DNA of 63,811 bases, filler included, from Bigelowiella natans CCMP2755 (taxonomy: Eukaryota > Protista > Cercozoa): NCBI GenBank assembly GCA_000320545.1. It is 10 parts of 10 records of this genome, joined end to end, with 100 filler letters (N's around TTAATTAATTAA, not from the genome) between each part and the next. Parts side by side here need not be neighbours in the genome. Positions count along the whole stretch, not along the records: positions 49,939 to 54,445 come from ADNK01002510.1; positions 54,546 to 56,160 come from ADNK01002762.1; positions 56,261 to 58,097 come from ADNK01002114.1; positions 58,198 to 59,540 come from ADNK01001361.1; positions 59,641 to 63,811 come from ADNK01001180.1; 5 more parts are not named here. One strand, given 5' to 3'. Each line of letters opens with the position of its first letter. Within the stretch, counting starts at the first letter, position 1. The notes under the pieces were generated by a model that had not been told where the DNA came from, searched no databases, and was given only the letters and a program-made list of their open reading frames with translations. Positions 50,350 through 63,811 of this stretch are shown here, one piece after another. Both the position numbers and the translations under genes were made by a program.

Positions 50350-51617
50350 CGCTCATCAAGCTCATCTATAGATCGCGAATCAGCACGTATCTTTGACATG
50401 ATGCAGCGCGGGCGATCCAGAACTACAAGAAATGGCATGTGGTCGACGATTGCTTGTTGTGCTGCATGCGAATTCGCTCGACTTGCATTGCCACAATTGC
50501 AGCAACGCAGTTTACTCGAGATCACGCACGTGTGCATGTACGTGCAATGACGCGACACTGCTTGGAATGAAGGGAGCGCTGATGCGCTGTGTGCTAGATC
50601 CAAGTGATGCTGCCAAGAGACATGCACAGCATGGCAATGTGACGACACAATCAGAGCTTCATTACAACGTGTCGCCAACCGCGCACATGTGCATCACATG
50701 ATCCAGCGCGCACAGCTAGACAGCTGCTGGGAAGAATGAGGTGTGCCATGCAATCGCAGTGGATGCAATCGTGCACTCTCACTGCTCTAGCTTGGGTCGT
50801 CGCATTGCAACTGGACTGTGCTCTGTGTGAATGTGCACAACCAAACAAACGCTCAAACGCCCGCGTCTGTTCACAAGGAAGCAACAAGCAACCACGCACG
50901 CCACGTCCAAACCTGGAAACATGCCAGCATGGCGCTGCGTCATGATGAGGACGGCGCCAAAAAAATGAAGGCAGAATCATGAGCATTGAGTTTCACAGAG
51001 AAACAATCATCAAAACCCTCCAAGATCTTGTCTTCCCCACACGTCGCGCCCAACACCCCTTTTCAGGAACACTCTGAAACACTGCTTGACTGTTCAGGCA
51101 ACTCAATTCAAGAGTTCAAGTTGGAGATGCCCAAGCATCTGGATCAAAAAAACAAACCAGAAACATCTGTGATGAACGGATGACCGACCCAAAAGAACAG
51201 GGCCAGCTGGTTTTGCGTTGAAACTCGGAAAAATTGCATGGGGCGGCAACTTCGATGAGAACGCCACCACCTCCCTCGGCTCAGATGCCAACCGAGAAAG
51301 AACTGATGAAACTCCGAAAAGTGAAGGGGTTTTCGAGGAAAAACGTCATGGATTTCCCACGTGCGACAAGGAAAAATGCGATCTGCGCCTGGGAAATGCA
51401 AGGCGGGTCAAACTGTCGCTTCTCATGCCGATGAGCCCCCCTTCAGCCAATCGACCATTTTCCATGGGTTCAGACAACAAGGCCGTGGAGAAGGTTGAGT
51501 CCCTCAAGGCGATCCTCAGGGACGGCGATGAGAAGGAGGTTGCGTGCGCGTTGAGGGAGCTTGCATCGGTCAGCATGACGCGGGCCATCCTCTCTCGCAC
51601 GCAGGTCTCCAAGCTGT
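50350..51617. repeat. TpA-depleted block overlapping the promoter and first exon of the TFIIS-N/NADAR gene
   Basis: No TA at all in 50791-51617; shares cgcacagctagacagc (50709-50724) with 13951-13966. Confidence 0.6.
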
Positions 51618-52701
51618 TAAAAGCAGTCTCCCAAGGTCGTTTGCCAGCGCGTAGCACTTCCGGCTTTGAGACGATGGTGATTGTTTGTTGCATGTGCGTT
51701 GTTTAAGGCTGGGGCGAAACAGTGAAAACGAAAGCCCGCAAGCTGAGGAGAGAGTGGAGAGCCGTTGTCCGGCACGGCGCTATGACGAAGAAATTCAACG
51801 ATGATGCAGATGCCGAGGGAGCAACTCAGAAAAATCGATCAAACGCACGGCCAAATACCGCATGCAGAGAGACGTCTAAGAAAAAGAGTCTGACGGGAGA
51901 ACACCCATCTGTAGATGAGACGGAGCTTAAAGGTATTCCTTCGCTGATGCTTCCTTCCTCGAAACGAATATCCACAGCTCAAATATGCTTTCTTTGGCAG
52001 AGCTGACGAGGGAGGATGTGTTGCGATTTTACTCTAAATCCTCCGATAAGCCGCCCGGGGGGGGGGCGGGTGAGAAGACTAAGCAGCCCGCTGAAGCTCG
52101 TCTCTACAACGCTCTGTCCCAGATCAAAGACTGGAGGAAGGTGCTCTCGAATTTCCACAGCGAGGAGTTTGCTTTTGAGATGCCCGTTCCAAGCGGGAAC
52201 GGCGGCGACAGCAGCAGTGAGGAGAAATGGAAGTTCCAGACCGCAGAGCACGCCTTCCAAGCTTCGAAGTTCTTCGTTGCCGGCTTCCAGGACTGCGCTC
52301 GTAGATTCGTCGAGGTGTGCCCCTTTCTCATTCGAGTTAGAAATGAACTGTTGCGAGCATCCTCGCTCGTCGCAGCATGGTTGATTCGAGCGGTTTGTTG
52401 TTTCTTGCAGGGCGCAAAGGGGTACGTCGGTCCCTCGGGCTTGCATGCGCGCAAGGGCCGCAAGCTCATCGTCCTTTCTAAGCTGCAGCTGCGACGCTGG
52501 CACGAGATTCGTTTTGAGGTCATGGAAAGCATATGGGCAGCGAAGTTCTCCCAGTGCGCTCTCGCTAGGAGGACGCTTTTGGCCACAAACTACGCCGAGC
52601 TCTGGCACATCGTCCAGCGAGGCCGGCCTCAGCGTTGGGCCGGCTTGGAACGACTGCGGGGCAGCATGCGGTCTGGCAGGGATTCAAGCGCAGGGACATG
52701 A
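51464..52701 (+). CDS. Fusion of a TFIIS N-terminal (TND/LW)-like domain and a NADAR (YbiA/DUF1768) domain
   Basis: Exons 51464-51635, 51708-51932, 52001-52314 and 52411-52701 splice in frame. ALRELASVSMTRAILSRTQVSKLLK...KARKLRREWR is TND-like. FYSKS...WRKVLSNFH...FQTAEHAFQASKF...WHEIRFEVMESIWAAKFSQ...LLATNYAELWH is NADAR. Confidence 0.85.
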
Positions 52702-52973
52702 CACACACAGACCGCCCAACAATGACCGATGCCCCCTCTGCAGCGTGTAGCGGCAAATGAAGAAATGAAATGCTCGCTTTGCTTGACAGACGACGAACCA
52801 ATGCGTCGTAGACTACGGATGCTGTGCAATGTGTTGATTGCGTTGCACGGGGAGAACATACAAGCTGCCCGAGCGCTACCTGCGGGCCACATCGCTATGT
52901 TGATGATTCCATTCAGGCCAGGCGACCTGCGTAGCCATCAGGGAGTAATATCAACGCACCATAACAATATACA

Positions 52974-53020
<47 letters not shown>

Positions 53021-53862
53021 ATATATACGAATGTCTACAGTTGTAGTCACAGCATGTGCTGTATATGATAAACATGAGACGGGTACAATGAAATAAAATT
53101 TAACTACATATAATAACTAATATATGTGTGCATTTAGCCGCTCCTACCGCCGCATTGCTGTGCACACACGCTTGCCTCATTCGATTCCTTAGATCCTCAT
53201 TTTGCCATGCTAGCATGGTGGTATGTTGTTGATTTGTGATGCGAACGGATATAAAAATAAATGATTACATTTTTTCAATACTCATTTTTCAATAGTCATT
53301 TTAATGGTGGCTGTGCACAGCAGAGGCTACAGCGCTTATGTTGTGCTTGCTAGCTTGATGTCATCAAATGTAAGCAGGCAGAACGTCGTCTTAATTATAC
53401 GGCTGCTTGTATATAGACTTGAAAGTAGCTTCGTATGAGCATAGCCTCAGCTGCACGGGACGGGGCTTGCGAGACATGTGCAAATAGCCAATAATAACCA
53501 TATCGCTGAGTCAAAACGATCACTATACTAAACAATGCTCACATGCCGTGACGACGTGACGACGCGCGCGCATGTAATGTCGCAGTGTGCATGCTAGCAT
53601 GTGTGATGCGTGCACATATGCACATGCATGCGCGCAGCAATTGCACGACTACGTCATGTACGCTGACACAACGACAGAGTGATCACGCATTTATATGTTA
53701 TATGGCGTGGACGAAGAACATCAGACCAACACAATTCGCTCATTGTTAGCGCTATATCTAGCTATGGCGGCTAGCAATACATAATGGTTACGCTAATGAA
53801 CACTCCATGTGCATGCTGTACCCACGGTGCGAAAAGCTTCGGTTTGCGATTCCATCTACGGC

Positions 53863-54117
53863 TAGGAAGCCTTCTTCTTGTTGTTTCGTCCCTTGCCCAT
53901 AGCCATATTCACGATAAACCACATCCACATTAGATTGAGCAAGTACCTAAATAGAATTGGTTATCAGGAGAGGGGGCTTAAACAATTATGGTCTAGCAAA
54001 GCACACACGCGAGCGCGCGCGCCCACGTATCTGATGAAGGATACATGTAGCTCTATCGAGTAAGTGAAATGGGTTGTGTACCCGGCAACAATCAGGACGA
54101 GTAGAGACTGCGAGACC
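53863..54117 (-). CDS. 3' exons of a membrane protein, possibly TLC domain
   Basis: Terminal exon YLLNLMWMWFIVNMAMGKGRNNKKKAS* resembles the LNxxWF end of TLC domains; upstream splicing not resolved. Confidence 0.3.
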
Positions 54118-54147
54118 TGGAAAAATTGAAGCATGCGCGTGTCAGGG

Positions 54148-54189
<42 letters not shown>

Positions 54190-54445
54190 CTAGAATATCT
54201 CGCTTTTGCGGAAGGACTTTTAGCGTCCGCAGCCGCAAAGTCACCGACTCTTGCGTGTTTTGGTCAAGTCGAGAAATAGGAGAGAACTCCTCGACGCTTG
54301 GAATTAGTGGTTAAGAGCAATAACGATGCGAGAGAGGTCAGCCATCGCCTTCGTATTGCGTCAAAACGGCGTAAAACCGCCTGCATCTTTTCGCGAAAAA
54401 TGGCGTCATGGTTGCTTCGGATCGCGGCACCAGAAGAGGGATCTG

Positions 54446-54545
54446 NNNNNNNNNNNNNNNNNNNNNNNNNNNNNNNNNNNNNNNNNNNNTTAATTAATTA
54501 ANNNNNNNNNNNNNNNNNNNNNNNNNNNNNNNNNNNNNNNNNNNN
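54446..54545. other. Artificial contig linker
   Basis: N44-TTAATTAATTAA-N44. Confidence 0.99.
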
Positions 54546-54940
54546 TGCTCCCAAAATCTTGATAACGTGGGGGGGGGGGGGAGAAGAGAGTAACTCCAAC
54601 TTGAACTTCCTCATGCATGGAGATAGTGATTTAAGCAAGAATATATCTCTCTCCTCGCTACTTTCTTGCTATTGCTGTTTCTTTGGCAGAGGCACTTTGG
54701 GTTGAACGCAGGCACTGATGATGCTTTTGAGGACGACCCCCCCCCCCCCCCCTCTTCCTTCTTGTCTGTCTTCTTCGCAGCTACGTTGAGGCCATAGAAA
54801 TCGATGAGCTTGTTCACGCGCACCTCGTCTACCGGCTCGAAAGGGTCCTCACCGTGCCGATGGCGGCGCTTGTTGTTATTCCCTGCGGAAGAAGGAGAAA
54901 AGGATTTTTTTGCCCAATCACCAATTGAAGTAATAATATA

Positions 54941-54975
<35 letters not shown>

Positions 54976-55420
54976 ATTGGATTATTGTTTAGTTTTATGG
55001 AGAGATTGCTAGAGGAGGAGAGATTTAACGCTGGCAGTATTTTTTTGGATTTTGACCTCCCTGAGCCGCCGCTGCTGCTGCTGCTGTTGTAGAGTCATCT
55101 TTCTGCTCGGACGAGGCTTGATCCCCACCTATCTCAATTTTCGCCGTTGTTTCAGTGCTCATGGCATTTGCTCCATTCTCATTGCTAGGCTTCGAGCTAC
55201 CTTCCTCCCCCCCCTCCACCCCCTCCTTTGCCGGCTTGTTCTCGGTGGCGGAATTCCCTTTCCTGCCCCTCTCCTCGGTGTAGGAAGCTGTCTCTTCGAT
55301 AGGGATATGCTAAGGAGTTACAATATCCGGAATTATTGCTCACTCAAACCCATTGTGCGGGTGGATTTGTAAATGCGCCGCAACCGGCCATCATGCGCTT
55401 ATTTCTGTTTCCAAGTGTTA

Positions 55421-55456
<36 letters not shown>

Positions 55457-56160
55457 CTACACCACGTCTTTCCCCAGCAAACACAATCACCTTTTCCGTC
55501 CGCTTTAGAACTGCGACAAAGAACCCACCGGTGTCTGAGAAGGGAGGTACAATATGTGAGCAGCTGACCGTGTGGCGTGTGTATGGAACACGTGCATACG
55601 CGTGTGCGCGCGCGCAGCACATACGAATTCGGTATTCCTCGGCTATTCTTCTCGTACGACTCCTCTTACCTAGGTGCCGTCCCCCTCCCTCCTTCTTATC
55701 ACCATAATCTCGACTACCAACTACTGACCTTGCCGATGAGGCATCAGGCGCATGCACTTTTCCAACCCCAGCTCCTTTATCATAACGATTATTCACCATT
55801 GGACTCAGACAACGACTACATCTGCCGCTTTCTACGGGTGCCGTCAATACTGCGAACGGTGTGTGAAGTGTAGCATTTGGTCTGCATTGAGAGCCTACCA
55901 CTCGACGGGATGTTCTTATGGCAGCTCCGTTTTCGATGGGGGTGGCACTCATTAATGTATTGTGGTGATGATGCGGAGGTTGTGCAAAATGAGAATGATG
56001 ATGATGATGATGATAATGATGATAATAATGCTGTGTGCTGATGGGCGCTTTGGCTCAGAATTGTTAGATATCGTTCATAATCCTCGAAGTGTTTCTTCGG
56101 CTTTTCAGGACGATAACACAGATTTATTTACTTCATCATCGCTATTGGCGACACCAGCAG
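54546..56160 (-). CDS. NSUN2: tRNA/mRNA m5C methyltransferase NSUN2/Trm4, internal fragment
   Basis: Spliced KELGLEKCMRLMPHRQ-DTGGFFVAVLKR and EDPFEPVDEVRVNKLIDFYGL match the NSUN2/Trm4 C-terminal motifs. Confidence 0.85.
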
Positions 56161-56260
56161 NNNNNNNNNNNNNNNNNNNNNNNNNNNNNNNNNNNNNNNN
56201 NNNNTTAATTAATTAANNNNNNNNNNNNNNNNNNNNNNNNNNNNNNNNNNNNNNNNNNNN
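56161..56260. other. Artificial contig linker
   Basis: N44-TTAATTAATTAA-N44. Confidence 0.99.
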
Positions 56261-56589
56261 AATTTTTTCACAAAAGACGAAAAGGACGGCGGGAGAGGGA
56301 ATGGGTCATAGAAATTGTGTTCGTTTTATGTGGCATTTGACCATTAGGTGTTTTTGGTCCGGTCCCCATTGCATCACAAGAGTCCCATTCATTATCATTG
56401 GAAGGAACCGGCTTTTGTTCTTGAAGAAGAAAGTTACTCTTTCTCCTTCCCCCCCCCCCCAAAATGGGGGGGAAAATAAAAAAAAAAAAAAAAAAATAAA
56501 TTGGGGGAGGGTGTGTGTAACGTTTTTATTTTTGTTTTTTTTAATCCATCTTTCGTAAGGTGTTTATCCTCCCTTCTCACCGCAAAAGG

Positions 56590-56732
56590 CAGCATGGGAG
56601 AGAGAATCTCGGTGTCCCACCACGGAAACCATTCGGACACCCGGTAGACAAATCGTCAGTTTAGACGGGGGAAGGGGGGGGGGGGGGGGGGGGACTATTT
56701 AATCAATAATATAGTGTGCATATATATATATA

Positions 56733-56818
<86 letters not shown>

Positions 56819-57308
56819 TGTGTGACAACTCTCCTTTCAATCTTCGTCCAAACCCTCCAGGGAGGTTGCTCAGGAATTTCGAGGGGAAGGCGTGACGCTA
56901 CATCAAAACGGGCAGCATGTATTTAAACATTATATATATATATATATATATATAATTAATTTGCAGTTGTAGTGGTGTAGTTGGCGGTTGGGGTTGTGGT
57001 CGTTGCTGCTGCTGGGCATTGGTTACGCAGAGTATGCTCGAAAAAGTACCCCGTACAAAAAAAAAAAAAGATAGTTAAGTTTTGGAATCGTACATGACAC
57101 ACGATTTGAGGCACGTGGAGACAGCAGCACACACCCACCACTCACCTCTTTGTCCCCGCTTGGAACGTTTGTGCGTCCTGTCATCAGATGAAGGGTGGGG
57201 AGGCCCACGTGCGTATTGCTAAGCACTACAAGTTCGCCCTCTCACATGCCTTCAAAACCCACCAGGTTGATTGAAGCAAAAGAATAGCGAGTATACACAC
57301 ACGCACAC

Positions 57309-57347
<39 letters not shown>

Positions 57348-57462
57348 CATATTGCACTCTTCCTCTTCCAATCCTCACACACATATGGACTCTCTGCTGA
57401 AACAGGATGCCAAGTACGTGATCATCGTTGAGGAGGATATGGTAGTTGTAGTTGTGGTAGTT

Positions 57463-57496
<34 letters not shown>

Positions 57497-57806
57497 CTAG
57501 TAATGCCCATACTGGCGATGAGATCGACTAAAAAGACAGATCGGCCCCCTACCTACCACTTCTGCAGGAATATTTGAAAATTAATTTAGAACAACAACAA
57601 CAACAACAACAACATGGCTTCTATTGTTTCTAAGGTGGTTTCACCGGACTTCTTCGAGTACTTCCGCGTCGTCGGAGGGCTGTATGAGGTGAGATGTGCT
57701 GATGCGAGAAAGAAGGCTTATCAGCAGAGCAACATCTGCGAGATGCTGCTGATTCTTAGCCGATAATACCTTCCGAACTCGCGCGAGCACGGATGGACAT
57801 GTACGC

Positions 57807-57841
<35 letters not shown>

Positions 57842-57950
57842 CATATTCTCTGGTTTCCAACGCCACTGAGAGATCGATGGCTTTGCGCTGTGCGCAGGTG
57901 GATGATAGCGTCTACTGTATATCGACGTGGAATGACAACGGATTCAAAGG
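56590..57950 (+). CDS. GT13 beta-1,2-N-acetylglucosaminyltransferase (GnT-I/MGAT1 or POMGNT1-like), internal fragment
   Basis: Exons read RIAKHYKFALSHAF, DAKYVIIVEEDM, VVSPDFFEYF and VDDSVYCISTWNDNGF (EED, SPDFF and WNDNG GT13 motifs). Confidence 0.9.
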
Positions 57951-58010
57951 GTGGGTGCTACTCGATGGCTGCGGTGCTGATGTTCATGGAAATAACATAT
58001 TATATATAAT

Positions 58011-58054
<44 letters not shown>

Positions 58055-58097
58055 TGGCAAAACTTCGGCAAGAGGGGAGGGCATTCATCGTCAATAA

Positions 58098-58197
58098 NNN
58101 NNNNNNNNNNNNNNNNNNNNNNNNNNNNNNNNNNNNNNNNNTTAATTAATTAANNNNNNNNNNNNNNNNNNNNNNNNNNNNNNNNNNNNNNNNNNNN
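58098..58197. other. Artificial contig linker
   Basis: N44-TTAATTAATTAA-N44. Confidence 0.99.
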
Positions 58198-58406
58198 TGT
58201 GTGTGTGTGTTGTGTATAATATCATTTGCGCAACGGTTTACAATGATCTGAGCCTGGGCCTCTTGCTCCCACCTGGAAGAGTAATACCAACGCGCAAACG
58301 AAGCAAAAGAAATGAGTACCCCATAGAAAACAAGGGAAGACGCTATCTACCGCAAGCGACGCACAACCACACAACTGATCGAAGTGGAGAGAGAAAGAGA
58401 GGGAGA

Positions 58407-58478
<72 letters not shown>

Positions 58479-59540
58479 AGAAAAAGAGATATCAAAGATG
58501 CAATCGTGCTCTGCCCTCCTCTACGGCAAACAACCAAGTCGCGGTCCCTTTGAATGGCGGAGGCAGGGGGAGGGCCTGGTGGCATGTCAAGGAGAACGAG
58601 CTCATCACCTAAAAAACAAAGAGCGAAGAAGGGAAGCGGGGAAAAGCAATCAGAAACCACGTATCAGAGGCGCGTCACCGAGCACACACTAGAGAGTCGA
58701 CGCCATTCAATCGCGGATAGTGGAAAAAAAAAAAAACAAAGTAGCTGCGTAATCATATCGAGGCGAAATGACCGGTCTATGATCGCTTCCACGGGCAGAT
58801 GGATCCTAAAGAACACATGCTCATTTGTCACGAAGCTCTGGAGGCAGAAATGGAATCGATCGACTTTTTCATCGCGACGGCGGAAGGGGGGAGGGGGTGG
58901 GGAGGGGGAGAGAGGGGGCATTTTCATTCTCACGCGCATGCATGCATCCACATCAACACGCATCCAACGACAGCACTCCACTACTCGAGCTACTACCATC
59001 CAGTATTTGTGGTGTGAGAGGTATCTTGGGTTGTGGGAGAGAGACAAGATCCGGTCCGTCCACGACGGAAGATTGAACAGCTTCTTCTTTGACCACGCAT
59101 CGTCTGCAAAGGTAAGAAGGGAGGGAGGGAGTTACGCGGGGGGGAGATAAGACAACCGAATCAAGTATTCTACTGCTTTTCACACAGAGGATATGAAGTG
59201 CGAGTTGTAACTTCTCCCCTCCCCCCCAAGAAACTAAGAGAAAGAGGCCAGGTGACTGACCATGGTGCTCGTAGCGATAGGTTGGGCGAAAATTTATCAA
59301 CGGCTCTTGGTAGCCTTTCGGATATCAACGACAACGACGTTAGAAAGGAGGAGGAAGGGAGAGAACTGAAACGGAGAAGCGAGGTTTTGGGGAGGGGGGA
59401 GATGGCAGCCAGCCAGCCAGCCATGGGGAGAACGAATAACGCACGAGAATACATATCACGTGCAATGTGCGATTTGCTTTCAATGTGAAATCTGCTGCTG
59501 CTGCTTTCAGGAGGCATTTTCGCTACCACTACACACACAC
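58198..59540 (-). CDS. Inositol polyphosphate 5-phosphatase, internal fragment
   Basis: Minus-strand exons GYQEPLINFRPTYRY, LPSWTDRIL and GSDHRPV are the 5-phosphatase signature motifs. Confidence 0.9.
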
Positions 59541-59640
59541 NNNNNNNNNNNNNNNNNNNNNNNNNNNNNNNNNNNNNNNNNNNNTTAATTAATTAANNNN
59601 NNNNNNNNNNNNNNNNNNNNNNNNNNNNNNNNNNNNNNNN
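59541..59640. other. Artificial contig linker
   Basis: N44-TTAATTAATTAA-N44. Confidence 0.99.
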
Positions 59641-59714
59641 GCGCGTATGAAGCACACCTTCCACGCAATGAGGACGATGATGATAATGATGATGGCAAGA
59701 AAAACAACAACAAC

Positions 59715-61879
<2,165 letters not shown>

Positions 61880-62454
61880 GGCAGCGCTCCTCGTTGATCG
61901 ATGTTCGGGTCAGGGCTCGGCACCGAAATCAAGACTCTGCAGGCGAACGGGCTGGAACGGAAAACATGGCAATTATTTGATACGACAACATCTACAGCAT
62001 CTCGTCGAGGAAAAGGGACTGCATTTAATTTCGCCGATGAGGCTCGCGTCGAACCACACTTCTCGAGAACCCAGCGAGTTTTGGCCTCGCGACAGAGCGG
62101 GAGGCCACGAAAAATGCGAAGTTGGAACTTTAATTTATTTTGGGTAAATTCGGCGTGATTTTTGTTCTAAAAAGGGGGCCCTGTGCCCTGTGGATACGGT
62201 ACCTCAACCAGTACCGGTTCAGTCTGCGAGCTCGTACATCGCTGGGACCGAGAATTTTGTTTCCTGGCATTGGATGTTTGCGGGGTTAATATTTTACTAG
62301 CATACGGTTGCATCTCACCACCCCGTCGGAACGGAGCTTGGGCAGAGAGGATAGGGTCATTTGAACCGGAAACATCGTAAAAAAAGGTGATTCTTTGACT
62401 ACGTCCATGCAAGCAGGGTTGAGTAGACAGCCACAACGCATATTCCAAGGGAAT

Positions 62455-63284
62455 ATGCTAGCCCTCTTCCTCCTCCTCTTCCCCTTACACCTCCCTACGA
62501 CCTTTGCAAGCGATCGGAGGTGGCTAAATGCTAAGGTTTGACCTCGGTTCCATTGTTGTTCATGCTTCTAACGCAACTAACCTTTGCTTGCACGCACCAG
62601 ATCGATCCGAGCGGCGAGTTTGAGATCTTCATGGGCGAGGAGAGGAGGCCATGGTTCTCGAGCAATGGTGTCATGGTGCGAAATAATGGCGTCTTGTACC
62701 GCACGGCCAGTAATCGCCGTGAGGGGGAAGATTCGCAAGTGCTTGAGTTAAAGTCCCTGGAGCAAACAGGCCCCGGTTGGGATGCGCTTGGGGCGATTGA
62801 GAAGGAGGTTTCGATCTCCTATGCGGCGGGAAGCATGCCCTTTGTAACAAAGGTAGGCTAAGATTCAATAAGGGCGAGGGATCGATAGTCATCCCGATGA
62901 TGTCGGTGCATGTTGATGAGGATGATAAGGATGCATGCTGTGTTTTCGAGTCATTCTTCTTAAATTGACTGGAATATTGGCGGTGGTTTACCCCTAATTT
63001 CCGCCTTCTTCTACACTGTAGATTCGACAATACCAAGAGGGCTTCATCGTATTCGAGCAAGTATTTCCAGAGGGAGCTTCCAATACTTCGGCACAAGATC
63101 ATGACAAGCTCATCTCAAGCTTCCCCACAATCAAACTGCACTCAGAGGGCGGCAAGGGTGGAGCGATGGCAGCAGGAGGAGACGATGATAACCGTACGTC
63201 AGACAGATTTCTTCTTCCACCCTTTCCTCCCCCACTCCCCCCCTATTCCCCCTGTTCTACGAATGGAAGCTATTGTTGCTATAA

Positions 63285-63327
<43 letters not shown>

Positions 63328-63680
63328 CCAACCACGCATACTCATCCTCATCGATAGGTGGATTTCTGGCCTATGCGGGCCACATGGTTGGTTCTTCATA
63401 CGTCACAGCGCCATGGAAGACAGGTTCCCACCACTAGTATACATACAGGGCTTGGATATATTAGTATGTAGTGGTGGTAGGGGGGGGGCGAGAGTGTATC
63501 ATACCACTAAAGGATCTATCTTCACTTTGCATGGATCTCTTCTTTTTCTAAGCTCGAGAGTCTCTGCCCGGAGGCATCGAAGGAACCGGTCCATTGGTCG
63601 TTTTCACGGGGGAGGGGGCCAGCGAGTCCCCTGCAGCTGTTGTCATTTCCCCGCTCACCTCCTTCATGAGCGCAAACCAG
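62455..63680 (+). CDS. Secreted uncharacterised protein, N-terminal part (glycoside-hydrolase-like family suspected)
   Basis: Signal peptide MLALFLLLFPLHLPTTFA; in-phase exons GWDALG, IVFEQVFPEGASNT...ISSFP and GGIEGTGPLVVF...VVISPLTSFM. Confidence 0.55.
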
Positions 63681-63684
63681 GTGC

Positions 63685-63717
<33 letters not shown>

Positions 63718-63753
63718 CAGTAGTTGAAACAACGGAAGGATAACCTGCATACG

Positions 63754-63811
<58 letters not shown>

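Noticed and set aside
56261-56560. Odd homopolymer-rich sequence at contig starts (also 24608-24900)
   Set aside because: Looks like low-quality read ends; not interpretable.
58554-59150. 198-aa plus-strand ORF
   Set aside because: Antisense shadow of the minus-strand inositol 5-phosphatase exons.

Overview
Eukaryotic nuclear DNA made of ten contigs joined by artificial 100-bp linkers (N44-TTAATTAATTAA-N44), so adjacency across linkers means nothing. The bipartite signal/transit presequence on a TypA GTPase suggests a protist with a secondary plastid, and the style fits a chlorarachniophyte (inference). Most of the ORF track is microsatellite noise; the real genes are spliced. Genes recognised by hand-splicing: plastid TypA/BipA, an AlkB-like dioxygenase, SERINC, two convergent ankyrin-repeat paralogues, a TKL kinase, ZNF622/Rei1, an F-box-like protein, an MsrB-like protein, a P1B Cu-ATPase, a TFIIS-N/NADAR fusion, NSUN2, GnT-I, an inositol 5-phosphatase, a TPR protein and several uncharacterised proteins. 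Three signals stand out. (1) Several kb-scale, mostly intergenic blocks have lost almost all TpA, apparently converted to TpG/CpA with CTAG relatively spared. This looks like a regional A:T-to-G:C hypermutation process, a mirror image of fungal RIP. (2) An intronless gene encodes a divergent H2A-H2B histone doublet behind an N-terminal hydrophobic helix. (3) The TFIIS-N/NADAR fusion. All counts and alignments are by eye.
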